From the NCBI GenBank assembly GCA_023512315.1, contig JAILZV010000001.1:816-64815 (forward strand): a stretch of DNA of 64,000 bases. Reading direction: 5' to 3'. The notes under the pieces were generated by a model, which had not been told where the DNA came from, did no database searches, and saw nothing but the letters and a program-made list of their open reading frames with translations. A program made the position numbers and the translations under genes. This DNA is from Anoxybacillus sp. Its GTDB lineage: Bacteria; Bacillota; Bacilli; Bacillales; Anoxybacillaceae. Below are positions 46,248-57,147 of the stretch, piece after piece; position 1 is the first letter of the stretch, and each line of letters opens with the position of its first letter.

Positions 46248-47117
46248 TGCTTTTGGCGGATATACTTTCCATTTCGTTAAATCGACATCTTCTTTTAGCA
46301 ATAGAGTAGACGGGAAAATAAACGTCCATGGTTTGCTTGTGTTTGCCTTTACTTCAAATTGTTCGAGCTGAAAGACGCCTTTGCAAATGATATCGCCAGA
46401 CGCATCTTCCACGACAAGCGGGATTTGCTCGAGCTGAATATGCTTGTCGCTGCCATTGCGAATAAGCAAGGTGATGACTAAGTCACGCTTTTCATTGAGT
46501 TTGGCTTCGAGTCCCATAAAGTTAATTTCTCCGACAGAAAGCGGCGGCAATGTTTCAATTAATTTTTGTAAATGTTCGCGTTGCTGCGTCGATAACGATT
46601 GTTCCCAGCTTGCTTCTAGGTCAAGGCGATGGTCTTCGCGCTTCGGGGCTTGTTTTAGTTCAAACGCAATTTTCCATCCTTCTTGTGGAATTTTGTCCAC
46701 GAGTTTATCTTCCGCTGAGAAAAGGAACCGCCATGGTCGTGCGGTCATCGGCGGAAGCTCTCCGAAGCTATCCATCGCAAATGCTCGTTTGGCGATTGCT
46801 TGTCCGTTTTCATCTAAAAGCAGCAAGTTAATTTGTTCAAACCGGACTGGTTTAGGCAATGTACTCCGTAAAAAAGCGACAACCACAAACCCGTCGTTGT
46901 ATTCAATCAGCTTCATTCCTGAAATGGAAAGTTGATTCGGTTTTAATGGCGGAAGCTGCTGGTGATGAAATTGGTAGACGTATCGCTCCTGTGGCGATAC
47001 GTCCCAGTCGGGATGGAACGATAGCGTCGTCTTCATTTCCTCGTTCGTTTGTTCTTCCTTACGATCAGGAAGCGCTTCGGTATTCGGTGTTGTCTTTGTT
47101 TTTCGTTTAAAAATCAT
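46245..47117 (-). CDS. slaP: SLAP-domain S-layer assembly protein (SecA2 partner)
   Basis: Two internally similar ~110-aa halves. ATGA overlap with the upstream SecA paralogue, as in the Bacillus secA2-slaP arrangement. Confidence 0.65.
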   Translation of the reverse strand: MIFKRKTKTTPNTEALPDRKEEQTNEEMKTTLSFHPDWDVSPQERYVYQFHHQQLPPLKPNQLSISGMKLIEYNDGFVVVAFLRSTLPKPVRFEQINLLLLDENGQAIAKRAFAMDSFGELPPMTARPWRFLFSAEDKLVDKIPQEGWKIAFELKQAPKREDHRLDLEASWEQSLSTQQREHLQKLIETLPPLSVGEINFMGLEAKLNEKRDLVITLLIRNGSDKHIQLEQIPLVVEDASGDIICKGVFQLEQFEVKANTSKPWTFIFPSTLLLKEDVDLTKWKVYPPKA

Positions 47118-49498
47118 TCCATATCCTCCTCGTTACCGGCTAGCTCAAATTGGTTTTTGACGTAGCTCATAAAGCGAATCGAAATATCGGTCTGAATTTC
47201 TTGCTGGAGATGGACGAATTCATGAAACGCCTCGATTTCAAAGAGGCGGTACGGGTCTTCTTGGCCGTATCCGCGCAAATGGATGCCGTCTTTTATGTTC
47301 GTAATCGAATCGAGATGACGAATCCAGTGCGAGTCGATCGTTTGAATCATAAAGCGTTTGAGCTGAGCGGCAAGTGATTCGTCGTCTTTCAGTGTCAGCA
47401 AGTCTTTCTTCAGTTTCTCATATTCTTCGAACACCATTTGTTCGATTTGCTCTTTTTCTAGTTCTTTTAAATCGTCAATCGTTTTATGAAAACGTAAAAA
47501 TACGAACGACAACTCTTCATACAAGCCTTTTATATTCCATTCCTCGTAAAAAATGTCGGGTAAACAATATTTTTCAATCGTTTGTGTTAAATAGTTTTTG
47601 ATATACTCCAGCACTTCTGCCATCATTTCTGTTGGTGCGCACGCTAAAATGCGGTCGCGCATTTGATAAATAACTTTGCTTTGCCGGTCGATGACAGAGT
47701 CGAGTTTTAATAAATGGGCACGAGCCGAGTAATGCGCGTGCTCGACGGTTTCTTGCACTTTACGAACAAATTTGACAGGGTCTGGAGAAATAATGAGGCC
47801 CTCTTCATTTGTTTTCACTTTGCTGAGCCATTTTTCTAACTCTTCTTTATCGTACGATTTGAACAGTTCGTCTTCTAACGAAATGATAAATTGCGAAGAG
47901 CCAGGGTCTCCTTGCCGTCCTGCCCGACCGCGCAGCTGCATGTCGATGCGGTTGCTTTCATGGCGTTCGGTGCCGATAATATGCAAGCCGCCAAGCTCTG
48001 CCACGCCTTCTCCTAATAAAATATCGGTGCCACGTCCAGCCATGTTCGTTGCGAGCATTACTTGTCCTTTTTGGCCGGCAAGCGCAATGATTCGTGCTTC
48101 ATCTTCTTCTGTTTTGGCATTCAAAATTTGGTGTTGAATGCCGTGTTTCGTTAAATACTTCGACAATCGTTCCGACTGGGCGATTGATGTCGTCCCGATT
48201 AAAACAGGACGACCGATATCGTGCATTTTTTTTACTTCAGCAACAATTTTTTTTGCTTTCGCTTCATATGTGCGATACACAAGATCGTCCATGTCGACGC
48301 GGCGCCGCGGTTTGTTCGTTGGAATGGTGACGACATGCAAATGATATGTGTCCCAAAATTCATCTTTCGACGGGGTTGCGCTTCCTGTCATGCCGCATAA
48401 TTTTTCATACATGCGGAAGTAGTTTTGGATAGTAATCGTTGCTTGCACGTCGTTTTCTTCTGTAATTTCCACGCCTTCTTTCGCTTCAATCGCTTGATGA
48501 AGCCCGTCGCTGAACGTTCTCCCTTCCATAATACGCCCAGTGAATTGGTCAACGAGAAGCACTTTTCCGTCTTTAACGATGTAATCAACGTCGCGTTTCA
48601 TAACCACGAACGCGCGCAGTGATTGCATAACGTTGTGCAACAGTGCTTGATGCTCGGCATCGTATAAGTTTCCAATGCCAAATGCTTGTTCAATTTTCGT
48701 CGCCCCACCGTCCGTTAAAAAGATTTGTTTCGTTTCTGGATACAATTCGTAGTCTTCGTCTTGCTTAAATTGCCGGACGATTTGGGCGGTGACTTGGAAC
48801 AACTCAGCGCCGATGCTCGATTTGTTTGCGATAATGAGCGGTGTGCGCGCTTCATCGATTAAAATGCTGTCAATTTCATCGACAATGGCGTAATGAAGCT
48901 TGCGCTGCACTTTCTCGCGAATATCGTACACCATATTGTCCCGTAAATAATCGAAGCCAAATTCCGTTCCTGTCCCGTATGTAATGTCCGCTTGATACGC
49001 TTCTTTTTTCGCTTGTGGGGAGATTTGCGAAATATTTAGGCCAACCGACAGCCCTAAAAATTCGAACACTTTCCCCATCTGTTCGCGGTCGCGCCGCGCT
49101 AAATATTCGTTGGCAGTAATAATATGCACCCCTTTTCCTTCAAGGGCATGCAAATAACTTGGAAGCGTTGCGACTAACGTTTTTCCTTCCCCTGTCTGCA
49201 TTTCCGCGATATTTCCTTCGTGCAACACGAACCCACCGATTAGCTGGACATCATAATGCCGAAGTCCAAGTACGCGTTTTGCCCCTTCACGTACGACAGC
49301 AAACGCTTCAATTTTTAAATCGTCTAATGTTTGCCCTTGCTGAAGCCGTTCTTTAAACTCCAGCGTTTTTGCTTTCAGCTGTTCATCGGTCAACGAAGCG
49401 ATGTGCGCTTCTTGTTCATTTACTTTTTCCACAAGTTTGCGTAGCCGTTTGATGTCGCGAGCACTCTCGTTAAACAGTGCTTTTACTTTTGTTAGCAT
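47114..49498 (-). CDS. secA2: Accessory preprotein translocase ATPase SecA2
   Basis: Full SecA DEAD-motor sequence ([26 protein letters not shown]) but only 794 aa, lacking the C-terminal zinc-binding tail. It is coupled to the slaP-like gene. Confidence 0.8.
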   Translation of the reverse strand: MLTKVKALFNESARDIKRLRKLVEKVNEQEAHIASLTDEQLKAKTLEFKERLQQGQTLDDLKIEAFAVVREGAKRVLGLRHYDVQLIGGFVLHEGNIAEMQTGEGKTLVATLPSYLHALEGKGVHIITANEYLARRDREQMGKVFEFLGLSVGLNISQISPQAKKEAYQADITYGTGTEFGFDYLRDNMVYDIREKVQRKLHYAIVDEIDSILIDEARTPLIIANKSSIGAELFQVTAQIVRQFKQDEDYELYPETKQIFLTDGGATKIEQAFGIGNLYDAEHQALLHNVMQSLRAFVVMKRDVDYIVKDGKVLLVDQFTGRIMEGRTFSDGLHQAIEAKEGVEITEENDVQATITIQNYFRMYEKLCGMTGSATPSKDEFWDTYHLHVVTIPTNKPRRRVDMDDLVYRTYEAKAKKIVAEVKKMHDIGRPVLIGTTSIAQSERLSKYLTKHGIQHQILNAKTEEDEARIIALAGQKGQVMLATNMAGRGTDILLGEGVAELGGLHIIGTERHESNRIDMQLRGRAGRQGDPGSSQFIISLEDELFKSYDKEELEKWLSKVKTNEEGLIISPDPVKFVRKVQETVEHAHYSARAHLLKLDSVIDRQSKVIYQMRDRILACAPTEMMAEVLEYIKNYLTQTIEKYCLPDIFYEEWNIKGLYEELSFVFLRFHKTIDDLKELEKEQIEQMVFEEYEKLKKDLLTLKDDESLAAQLKRFMIQTIDSHWIRHLDSITNIKDGIHLRGYGQEDPYRLFEIEAFHEFVHLQQEIQTDISIRFMSYVKNQFELAGNEEDME

Positions 49499-49713
49499 AG
49501 TTCCCTCTCCTACTTAAATTCATTCCTAGACGAATTATAACATACTATGGCAAAAAGCGACTGCATGGAATTTGATTAGGAAAAAAATACAAATATCCAT
49601 TGGTTCATCCAAACTTGCCGAATGTTTTGAAGCAAAAAAAGATTGATTTACGTCGCTTATGTGGTAACATAAAAATGATGTGTAACTATTTATAGGTCAA
49701 AGGTGATCTGTTT

Positions 49714-50796
49714 ATGAACATACAAGCAATTTTGGCGTTTTTCGCATCGTTTTTAACGGTTATTGCGGTAACGCCTCTTGTCATAAAATTTGCGATTAAA
49801 ATTGGCGCAATCGACAAGCCGAATGAGCGAAAAGTGCATACGCGTATTATGCCGCGTCTCGGGGGATTGGCGATTGTGATTGGTGTCACCGTTGGTTATT
49901 TTGTAGGGGGAATTTATCACGAAAAAGTGACCGGCATTACGGTGGGCGCCATCTTAATTGTTTTGATTGGGATGCTGGATGATTTGTACGAGCTCTCACC
50001 GAGAATCAAATTTCTTGGGCAGTTGTTGGCGGCGTGCCTCGTCGTCGCCTCAGGCTTGAAGGTGGAATTGCTTTCGATTCCATTCATAGGTAAATTTGAT
50101 ATAGGGGTATGGAGCTATCCCGTGACGGTTTTCTGGATTGTGGGCATTACGAACGCAATTAATTTAATTGACGGTCTTGACGGGCTTTCGGCCGGTATTT
50201 CTGCTATTGGGATTGCGACGATTGCCACGCTAGCCGGAATGGCGGGGAAAATGTTGATTTTCACCTTGTCCCTTATTATATTAGGCAGCATCATTGGTTT
50301 TTTATTCTACAACTTCCATCCGGCGAAAATTTTTATGGGCGATACAGGGGCGTTATTTTTAGGGTACGCCATTTCCGTATTGTCGCTTCTAGGTCTGTAT
50401 AAAAGTGTGACGTTGTTCAGCTTTGTCGTACCTGTTATTATTTTAGGAGTGCCAATCTTTGATACGACGTTTGCGATTATTCGCCGTATTGTCAATCGAA
50501 AGCCAATTTCAGCGCCGGATAAATCGCATTTGCACCACCGATTATTGGCGCTTGGGTTTTCGCATCGAAATACGGTGCTACTGATTTACTGCTTTGGCAT
50601 TATGTTTGGTGTTAGCGCAATTTTATTTTCTTCGTCGACGCTATGGCAATCGGTGCTAATTCTTTTCGGATTGCTCATTTTAGGCGAAGTATTAGCAGAA
50701 GTAGTCGGGCTTGTCAATGAACAGTACAAGCCGTTTATGACGCTCGTTCGTAGACTTGTCCGTGGTAATAGAAAGGCGTACGGTAATCATCGATAA
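49714..50796 (+). CDS. tagO: UDP-GlcNAc:undecaprenyl-phosphate GlcNAc-1-phosphate transferase (MraY-like GT4 family, TagO/WecA)
   Basis: DKPNERKVH, NAINLIDGLDGL and MGDTGALFLG motifs. Confidence 0.85.
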   Translation: MNIQAILAFFASFLTVIAVTPLVIKFAIKIGAIDKPNERKVHTRIMPRLGGLAIVIGVTVGYFVGGIYHEKVTGITVGAILIVLIGMLDDLYELSPRIKFLGQLLAACLVVASGLKVELLSIPFIGKFDIGVWSYPVTVFWIVGITNAINLIDGLDGLSAGISAIGIATIATLAGMAGKMLIFTLSLIILGSIIGFLFYNFHPAKIFMGDTGALFLGYAISVLSLLGLYKSVTLFSFVVPVIILGVPIFDTTFAIIRRIVNRKPISAPDKSHLHHRLLALGFSHRNTVLLIYCFGIMFGVSAILFSSSTLWQSVLILFGLLILGEVLAEVVGLVNEQYKPFMTLVRRLVRGNRKAYGNHR

Positions 50797-50947
50797 AGAG
50801 CGGATTGACCGTTTGTGTCTTTTGCAGGTACAAACGGTTTTTTTGATACAATATACGAATTTTGTCAAAAAGGAACACTATATTGAGAAAAAAATGTGAT
50901 AAACTAATCGTGTTATAAATCGATACCAATTTATTGGAGGAATTTTC

Positions 50948-52060
50948 ATGAAAGTACCAATGTTAGACTTAAGCGAGCAATATCAACGTTTACGCACCGA
51001 AATGTTAACGGTATTAGATGAAGTAATGAGCTCGTCACGTTTTATTTTAGGCGATCATGTCAAAAAGTTAGAAAACGACGTCGCAGCCTACAGTAACGTT
51101 AAACACGGCATTGGTTGCGGAAATGGAAGCGATGCGATACATATAGCACTACAAGCTGCTGGCGTAGGGCCTGGGGATGAAGTAATTACAACACCATTTA
51201 CGTTTTTCGCAACAGGCGGTGCGATTGTCCGCGCAGGAGCGAAACCAGTATTTGTTGATATTGATCCAGTGACGTTTAACATCGACCCAGCAAAAATCGA
51301 AGAAGCAATTACGGAAAACACGAAAGCAATTCTTCCGGTTCATTTATATGGACAAATGGCGGATATGGACCCAATTGTAGAAATCGCGAAGAAGCACGAT
51401 CTTTTTATCATTGAAGATGCTGCGCAAGCGATTGGGGCAAAATATAAAGGGAAAAACGTTGGGGAGCTTGGGACAGCAGCAACGTACAGCTTTTTCCCAA
51501 CGAAAAATTTAGGTGCTTACGGGGATGGCGGCATGATCGTGACGAACGATGATGAAATTGCGGAAAAATGCCGTGTCATTCGTGTGCATGGAAGCAAGCC
51601 GAAATATTATCATCACGTCTTAGGATACAATAGCCGCTTAGACGAAATGCAGGCAGCGATTTTAAACGTGAAATTCCCGCACTTGAATGAGTGGTCGGAA
51701 TTGCGCCGGGAGCGCGCGGCAACGTATACGCACCTCTTAAAGGAAATGCTTGGCGATGTGGTTGTGACACCAGTGGAAGTAGAGGGTCATTACCATGTTT
51801 TCCATCAATATACGATTCGTGTACCGAAACGCGACGAGTTACAAGCGTTCTTAAACGAAAACGGAGTTGCGACAATGGTATATTATCCGCTTCCGCTTCA
51901 TTTGCAGCCGGTATTTCAAGAGCTTGGCTATAAAGAAGGAGATCTCCCAGAAGCGGAAAAAGCAGCAAAAGAAGCGGTATCATTGCCGATGTTCCCAGAG
52001 TTAAAAGTAGAGCAACAACAATACGTTGTCGAGAAAATTGTCGAGTTTTATAAAAAGTAA
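50948..52060 (+). CDS. DegT/DnrJ/EryC1-family PLP aminotransferase (WbpE-like)
   Basis: Family-typical sequence (GDEVITTPFTFFAT, SFFPTKNLGAYGDGG). SD GGAGG. Confidence 0.85.
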   Translation: MKVPMLDLSEQYQRLRTEMLTVLDEVMSSSRFILGDHVKKLENDVAAYSNVKHGIGCGNGSDAIHIALQAAGVGPGDEVITTPFTFFATGGAIVRAGAKPVFVDIDPVTFNIDPAKIEEAITENTKAILPVHLYGQMADMDPIVEIAKKHDLFIIEDAAQAIGAKYKGKNVGELGTAATYSFFPTKNLGAYGDGGMIVTNDDEIAEKCRVIRVHGSKPKYYHHVLGYNSRLDEMQAAILNVKFPHLNEWSELRRERAATYTHLLKEMLGDVVVTPVEVEGHYHVFHQYTIRVPKRDELQAFLNENGVATMVYYPLPLHLQPVFQELGYKEGDLPEAEKAAKEAVSLPMFPELKVEQQQYVVEKIVEFYKK

Positions 52061-52369
52061 TTCGAAAAGAAAACGTCGCCGCTTGCGTGCAGGGGGCGTT
52101 TTCTAAGTATGAACAAGTTGTTCAACATCGAGAAAACAACGCTTCGTGCTAATCTAAAAAAGCACATTTAATAAAAACGATGGAAACGGCAAATCGTGTG
52201 CGCGGCGATTTAGCGTTTTATGAGAAGCCATCGGTGCTTTCCGAAGCAGTCGCTCCATCAAAATCGTATGCAAAAGAATCGATTGCGAGCGGTTTTGTTT
52301 TCGGTGTGTTTTTGACGTTTATTTTCCTTACGTTGATGAAGTATGTGTTCGATGCTAGGAGGTACTATC

Positions 52370-53383
52370 ATGGTTAAATTTGCGATTGTCGGGATGGGGC
52401 ACATCGCCAAAAAACATATGGAAGCGATTGAAAACGCCGAAGGAGCGGTGCTTGCTGCGGTGTGCGATACGAACCCAGAGCGTTTAACAGGATTTCCAGA
52501 AAAAGTGAAAACATATACCGATTTAGAAACGATGTTAAAAGAAAATGAAGATATCGCTGTCGTCAACATTTGCGTACCTTCTGGTCTTCATGCAAAGCTG
52601 ACAAATATCGTCGCAAACTATAAGCGTCATATAATTGTCGAAAAGCCAATGGCGTTAAAAATAGAGGATGCGGAAGAAATGATTCGCGTGGCGAAAGAAA
52701 ATGGTGTGAAGCTGGCTGTTGTTCATCCAAACCGCTTCCGTCCAGCGATTCAAAAATTAAAAGAAAAGATGGAAGAAGGGGCGTTTGGAAAGCTAAGCCA
52801 CGCCAACGCCACTGTTCGTTGGAATCGCAACCAAGTCTACTACGACCAAGCGCCATGGCGCGGGACGAAAGAATTTGATGGCGGCGTGCTAATGAACCAA
52901 GCGATTCACGATCTTGACTTAATGCTCTGGTTAATGGGACCAGTCGAATCGGTGCAAGCGATGGTCGCGACAAGGCTGCGCAATATTGAAACAGAAGATG
53001 TGGCGGCAGCCGTCGTTCAGTTTAAAAACGGAGCGCTTGGAGTCATTGAAGCGGCTACTACGATTTATCCGAAAAACTTAGAAGAGTCGATTGCGATTTT
53101 CGGCGAAAAAGCATCGGTGAAAATTAGCGGTCGAACAGCGAATTTTATTGAGACGTGGGATATCGAAGGAGTAACGGAAGAAGAAAAAGCACAAGTCATT
53201 GCCGAGATTAGCAACGACCCGTTTGGGAAACCAGGACACCAGTGCATTGTGGAAGATATGATTCAAGCGATACGAGAAGATCGCGAGCCGATTGTGACAG
53301 GAGAAGACGGTCTTGCGCCAGTGAAGCTTATTTTAGCGATTTTAGAATCCGCAGAAACAGGCAAAAAAGTTACACTATCATAA
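52370..53383 (+). CDS. Gfo/Idh/MocA-family NAD-dependent oxidoreductase (WbpB-like 3-dehydrogenase)
   Basis: KFAIVGMGHIAKKH Rossmann N-terminus. ATG 52370 after AGGAGG. Confidence 0.8.
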   Translation: MVKFAIVGMGHIAKKHMEAIENAEGAVLAAVCDTNPERLTGFPEKVKTYTDLETMLKENEDIAVVNICVPSGLHAKLTNIVANYKRHIIVEKPMALKIEDAEEMIRVAKENGVKLAVVHPNRFRPAIQKLKEKMEEGAFGKLSHANATVRWNRNQVYYDQAPWRGTKEFDGGVLMNQAIHDLDLMLWLMGPVESVQAMVATRLRNIETEDVAAAVVQFKNGALGVIEAATTIYPKNLEESIAIFGEKASVKISGRTANFIETWDIEGVTEEEKAQVIAEISNDPFGKPGHQCIVEDMIQAIREDREPIVTGEDGLAPVKLILAILESAETGKKVTLS

Positions 53384-53399
53384 GAAAGGGACGGTCACA

Positions 53400-54713
53400 A
53401 TGAACTACTATGAACAATTGCTAAATAAAATCGAGAAAAAAGAGGCAGTCATCGGCGTAGTCGGGTTAGGATATGTCGGCTTGCCGCTTGCGGTGGAAAA
53501 AGCAAAAGCGGGCTTTAAAGTCATTGGTTTTGACATTCAACAAAGCCGGGTAGACCAAGTAAATAGCGGCATTAACTATATCGGCGATGTCGTCGATGAA
53601 GATTTACACGAAATGGTAAAACAAGGTTATTTACAAGCAACAACGGACTATGCGCGCATCGCGGAAGTGGACGCAGTAGCCATTGCTGTGCCAACACCGC
53701 TTGATGAGCATCATCAGCCAGATACGTCCTATGTTGAAAGTTCGGCGAATGAAATTGCCAAATATGCGCACGAAGGGATGTTAGTCGTCCTAGAGTCTAC
53801 GACGTATCCTGGAACGACAGAAGAAATTGTTAAGCCAGCGTTAGAGAAAAAAGGATTGGTCGTTGGAGAAACAGTATTTGTCGCTTATTCTCCTGAGCGC
53901 GTTGACCCGGGGAACAAGGTGTTTAAAACGAAAAACACGCCAAAAGTGGTGGGCGGTGTGACAGAAAAATGTACGAAAGTCGCTTCGGCCCTTTATCGTT
54001 CGGTACTTGAAGGCGATGTCCACGAAGTGTCAAGCCCAGCGGTCGCCGAAATGGAGAAAATTTTTGAAAATACGTTCCGTCATATTAATATCGCCTTAGC
54101 AAACGAAATGGCGATTCTTTGCGAACGGATGGGCATCGATGTGTGGGAAGTCATTGAAGCAGCGAAAACGAAGCCGTACGGCTTTATGGCGTTCTACCCA
54201 GGCCCAGGGTTAGGCGGACACTGCATCCCGATTGACCCGTTCTATTTAACATGGAAAGCGCGGGAATACAACTATCATACACGCCTGATTGAATTAGCGG
54301 GGGAAATTAATAACGCGATGCCGGAATATGTCATCCATCGTACGATGCACATTTTAAACGAAGAAGGAAAAGCACTTCGCGGTTCAAAAGTGACCGTATT
54401 AGGGGTGGCGTATAAAAAAGACATTGACGATGTGCGCGAGTCCCCAGTATTAAAAATTGTTGAGCTATTAGAGCAACATGGAGCGGAATTTACGGTCGTT
54501 GACCCGTATGTTCCATCGTTCCGAGCGTGCAACCGCGTTATCGAAACAGTAGCATTGACCCCGGAATTGTTGCAGCAGTCAGACATCGTACTCATTACAA
54601 CCGACCATTCGACCTTTGATTATGAGATGATTGCGCAAAATAGCCCTGTCATTTTCGATACACGCAACGCGTTAAAAGATGTGCAAAAACCGAACAAGTA
54701 CGTAAAACTATAA
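53400..54713 (+). CDS. UDP-N-acetyl-D-hexosamine 6-dehydrogenase (WbpA/WecC/Cap5O family)
   Basis: VGLGYVGLPLA N-terminus and catalytic GGHCIPIDP. Confidence 0.85.
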   Translation: MNYYEQLLNKIEKKEAVIGVVGLGYVGLPLAVEKAKAGFKVIGFDIQQSRVDQVNSGINYIGDVVDEDLHEMVKQGYLQATTDYARIAEVDAVAIAVPTPLDEHHQPDTSYVESSANEIAKYAHEGMLVVLESTTYPGTTEEIVKPALEKKGLVVGETVFVAYSPERVDPGNKVFKTKNTPKVVGGVTEKCTKVASALYRSVLEGDVHEVSSPAVAEMEKIFENTFRHINIALANEMAILCERMGIDVWEVIEAAKTKPYGFMAFYPGPGLGGHCIPIDPFYLTWKAREYNYHTRLIELAGEINNAMPEYVIHRTMHILNEEGKALRGSKVTVLGVAYKKDIDDVRESPVLKIVELLEQHGAEFTVVDPYVPSFRACNRVIETVALTPELLQQSDIVLITTDHSTFDYEMIAQNSPVIFDTRNALKDVQKPNKYVKL

Positions 54714-54732
54714 CGGTGAGGGGAAAAGAAAG

Positions 54733-55464
54733 ATGAACTTTATTGATCCTTCGGTTATGCTGGACGAAACGGTAGAAGTCGGTTATTTTACGGTCATTGA
54801 AAAAGGGGTAAAAATCGGAAAAAACGTCATCATTGGTAACCGCGTAACCATTCATGAAGGAACGGTTATTGGCGACGGGACGACCGTCGCCGATGGCGCG
54901 GTGCTTGGCAAGCCGCCAAAACCAGCGAAAACGAGTACCGTCAAACTTACTGGCGATGTTCCAGCCCTTGTGATTGGCGAAAATTGTACGATTGGCGCGA
55001 ATGCGGTCATTTATCGCGGGGCGATAATTGGCGCGAATACGCTCGTAGCGGATTTAGCAAGCGTGCGGGAAAACGTGGAAATCGGCGAGTACGTCATTGT
55101 CGGGCGTGGAGTATGCATCGAAAACTATGTAAAAATCGGCGATCGGACAAAAATTCAATCAAACTCTTATATTACGGCGTATTCAACGTTAGAAGACCAC
55201 GTCTTTATCGCGCCGTGCGTCACAACAACAAATGACAATTACATGGGGCGAACAGAAGAACGATTCTCGAAAATTAAAGGCGCAACGATTAAACGGGGTG
55301 CGCGTGTCGGCGGTGCTTCCATTATTTTGCCAGGTATTACAATCGCCGAAGAAACGTTTGTTGCTGCGGGGGCACTTGTAACCAAGGATACGGAACCGAA
55401 AACAGTTGTCAAAGGACTTCCAGCGAAATTCAGCAAAATGGTGGATGAACGGGAGTTGTTATAA
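54733..55464 (+). CDS. Hexapeptide-repeat (left-handed beta-helix) acetyltransferase (WbpD-like)
   Basis: Repeated [LIV]G-x4 hexapeptides throughout. Confidence 0.8.
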   Translation: MNFIDPSVMLDETVEVGYFTVIEKGVKIGKNVIIGNRVTIHEGTVIGDGTTVADGAVLGKPPKPAKTSTVKLTGDVPALVIGENCTIGANAVIYRGAIIGANTLVADLASVRENVEIGEYVIVGRGVCIENYVKIGDRTKIQSNSYITAYSTLEDHVFIAPCVTTTNDNYMGRTEERFSKIKGATIKRGARVGGASIILPGITIAEETFVAAGALVTKDTEPKTVVKGLPAKFSKMVDERELL

Positions 55465-55608
55465 TTGCTATCATAAATTAAGTGTTAATTGATACAATGT
55501 TTTTGCTTGTTAGATAGTATGGAGATATTTTTATCTTTGGTTATGGTAAAATGTATCTCTACCCCTTTAGTTTGGTTTAAACAAGAAACCTGTCGTATTA
55601 TTGCTATA

Positions 55609-55637
55609 TTTACGGTTGCGCTGTTTTCAAATATAAT
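55609..55637 (+). promoter_or_regulatory. Candidate sigma-A promoter inside the 385-bp gap
   Basis: TTTACG, 17 nt, TATAAT. Confidence 0.4.
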
Positions 55638-55650
55638 GTTAATTTTCACT

Positions 55651-55681
55651 ATAATCGGCAAACGAATTGTTTGCCGATTAT
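55651..55681. repeat. Perfect 13-bp-stem hairpin ATAATCGGCAAAC-GAATT-GTTTGCCGATTAT
   Basis: Read directly. The core CGGCAAACGAATTGTTTGCCGA is related to 27239-27260 (3 mismatches in 22). Confidence 0.7.
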
Positions 55682-55849
55682 GCATGCTCGGCATATTCCT
55701 TTCTCAACCAAGATTGTCGGTGTAGAAAGGTTGATACACTGCAAATTTTCCTTGTGGTGAGAGCTGGGTTATCAATCACGGGTTTCGGAGACAATCGATG
55801 GCGCACATTTTATAAAAAATAGGAATATTAGCAACGAGGAGGATGGGCT

Positions 55850-56917
55850 ATGAAAATTGTTACTATTTTAGGGGCGCGCCCACAGTTTATTAAAGCAGCT
55901 CCTGTGTCGCGCGTTTTGCGCAAGAAACATACGGAAATTATCGTTCATACCGGACAGCATTACGATGCGAACATGTCGGATATTTTCTTTGAGGAACTGA
56001 ACATCCCAAAACCAGACTATCATCTTGGGGTTGGCTCCGGTACGCATGGCAAACAAACGGGAGAAATGATGATTAAATTAGAAGAAATTGCTTTAAACGA
56101 GCAGCCGGATTATGTGCTTGTATATGGCGATACGAACTCGACGCTTGCTGGAGCGCTTGTTGCAGCGAAACTCCATATCCCTGTAATTCATGTAGAAGCA
56201 GGCTTGCGCAGCTTTAACAAAAAAATGCCAGAAGAAATTAATCGAATCATGACCGATCATGTCTCTGAATTTTTATTTTGCCCGACAGATACCGCAGTGG
56301 AGAATTTAAAGAACGAAAATATTACACGCAATGTCTTGAACATCGGTGATGTTATGTACGATGCGGTGTTATACAATAAAGAATTGGCACGAGCAAAATC
56401 AACGATTCTTGCTGATCTCGGCTTAGAGACGAAGCAATACCATCTTATTACTATCCATCGTGCGGAAAATACAGATGATGTCCAAAATATGAAAAATATT
56501 TTGGAAGCATTTGCACAAATCGAAGAAGTGAAAATGTGGCCGATGCACCCACGCACGAAACATAAATTAGCGTCATACGGTCTGAGCGTAGAAGCGATTC
56601 CGAATTTAAAAGTGATTGATCCGGTCGGATATTTGGACATGCTGACATTAGAAAGCAATGCGAAAAAAATTATTACTGACTCGGGTGGTGTGCAAAAAGA
56701 AGCATATTTTATGCAAGTTCCGTGCGTCACGGTGCGCGAACAAACGGAATGGGTTGAAACGTTAGAAACAGAAGCAAACATTCTTGTAGGGACAGATGTA
56801 GCAAAAATTGTCGCTGCTGTGAAAAAAGACGTTCGCCCCGTATATTCCGACGTATTTGGCGACGGGAAAGCAGCGGAAAAAATTATTAAGGTAATTGAAC
56901 GCAAGGGTGTGCGTTAG
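55850..56917 (+). CDS. UDP-N-acetylglucosamine 2-epimerase, non-hydrolysing (WecB/MnaA/WbpI family)
   Basis: KIVTILGARPQFIK N-terminus and HVEAGLRS motif. SD GAGGAGG. Confidence 0.9.
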   Translation: MKIVTILGARPQFIKAAPVSRVLRKKHTEIIVHTGQHYDANMSDIFFEELNIPKPDYHLGVGSGTHGKQTGEMMIKLEEIALNEQPDYVLVYGDTNSTLAGALVAAKLHIPVIHVEAGLRSFNKKMPEEINRIMTDHVSEFLFCPTDTAVENLKNENITRNVLNIGDVMYDAVLYNKELARAKSTILADLGLETKQYHLITIHRAENTDDVQNMKNILEAFAQIEEVKMWPMHPRTKHKLASYGLSVEAIPNLKVIDPVGYLDMLTLESNAKKIITDSGGVQKEAYFMQVPCVTVREQTEWVETLETEANILVGTDVAKIVAAVKKDVRPVYSDVFGDGKAAEKIIKVIERKGVR

Positions 56918-57147
56918 CATGTTGTTATTTTGCTAGTCGTCTTTGTTTACTGGAAAATCTGTTTTTGTGAACTTATTTTATTTTTCTGTAAACATTCCAT
57001 AGACGACTACCGATGAATGATTTTAGATGTTGCTTGTCGTGCTTTTTGGCGGAATCGTACTGTTTTTACGCGTAAAAGACGACATTTGGCGATGGTTCGA
57101 AAAAAGCAGGATGTTAAAAAAAAATTCGTGTTCGATGAGGGATTGCA

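Noticed and set aside
52180-52377. 65-aa ORF with a C-terminal TM segment between the aminotransferase and oxidoreductase genes
   Set aside because: It has no SD upstream of the ATG and overlaps the SD/start of the next gene. It is possibly a remnant of a chain-length-determinant gene, but I cannot support that.
55489-55725. 78-aa ORF in the operon gap
   Set aside because: It has no SD and a Cys/Leu/Phe-rich translation typical of AT-rich non-coding DNA. It spans the predicted promoter and hairpin.
56257-56904. Long antisense ORFs inside well-recognised genes (also 9962-10381, 41407-41835, 46444-46935, 51576-51983, 52563-52973 and 23318-23797)
   Set aside because: Each is fully overlapped by a gene with unmistakable family motifs on the other strand or in another frame. 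They have no SD and low-complexity or Cys/Arg-rich composition.
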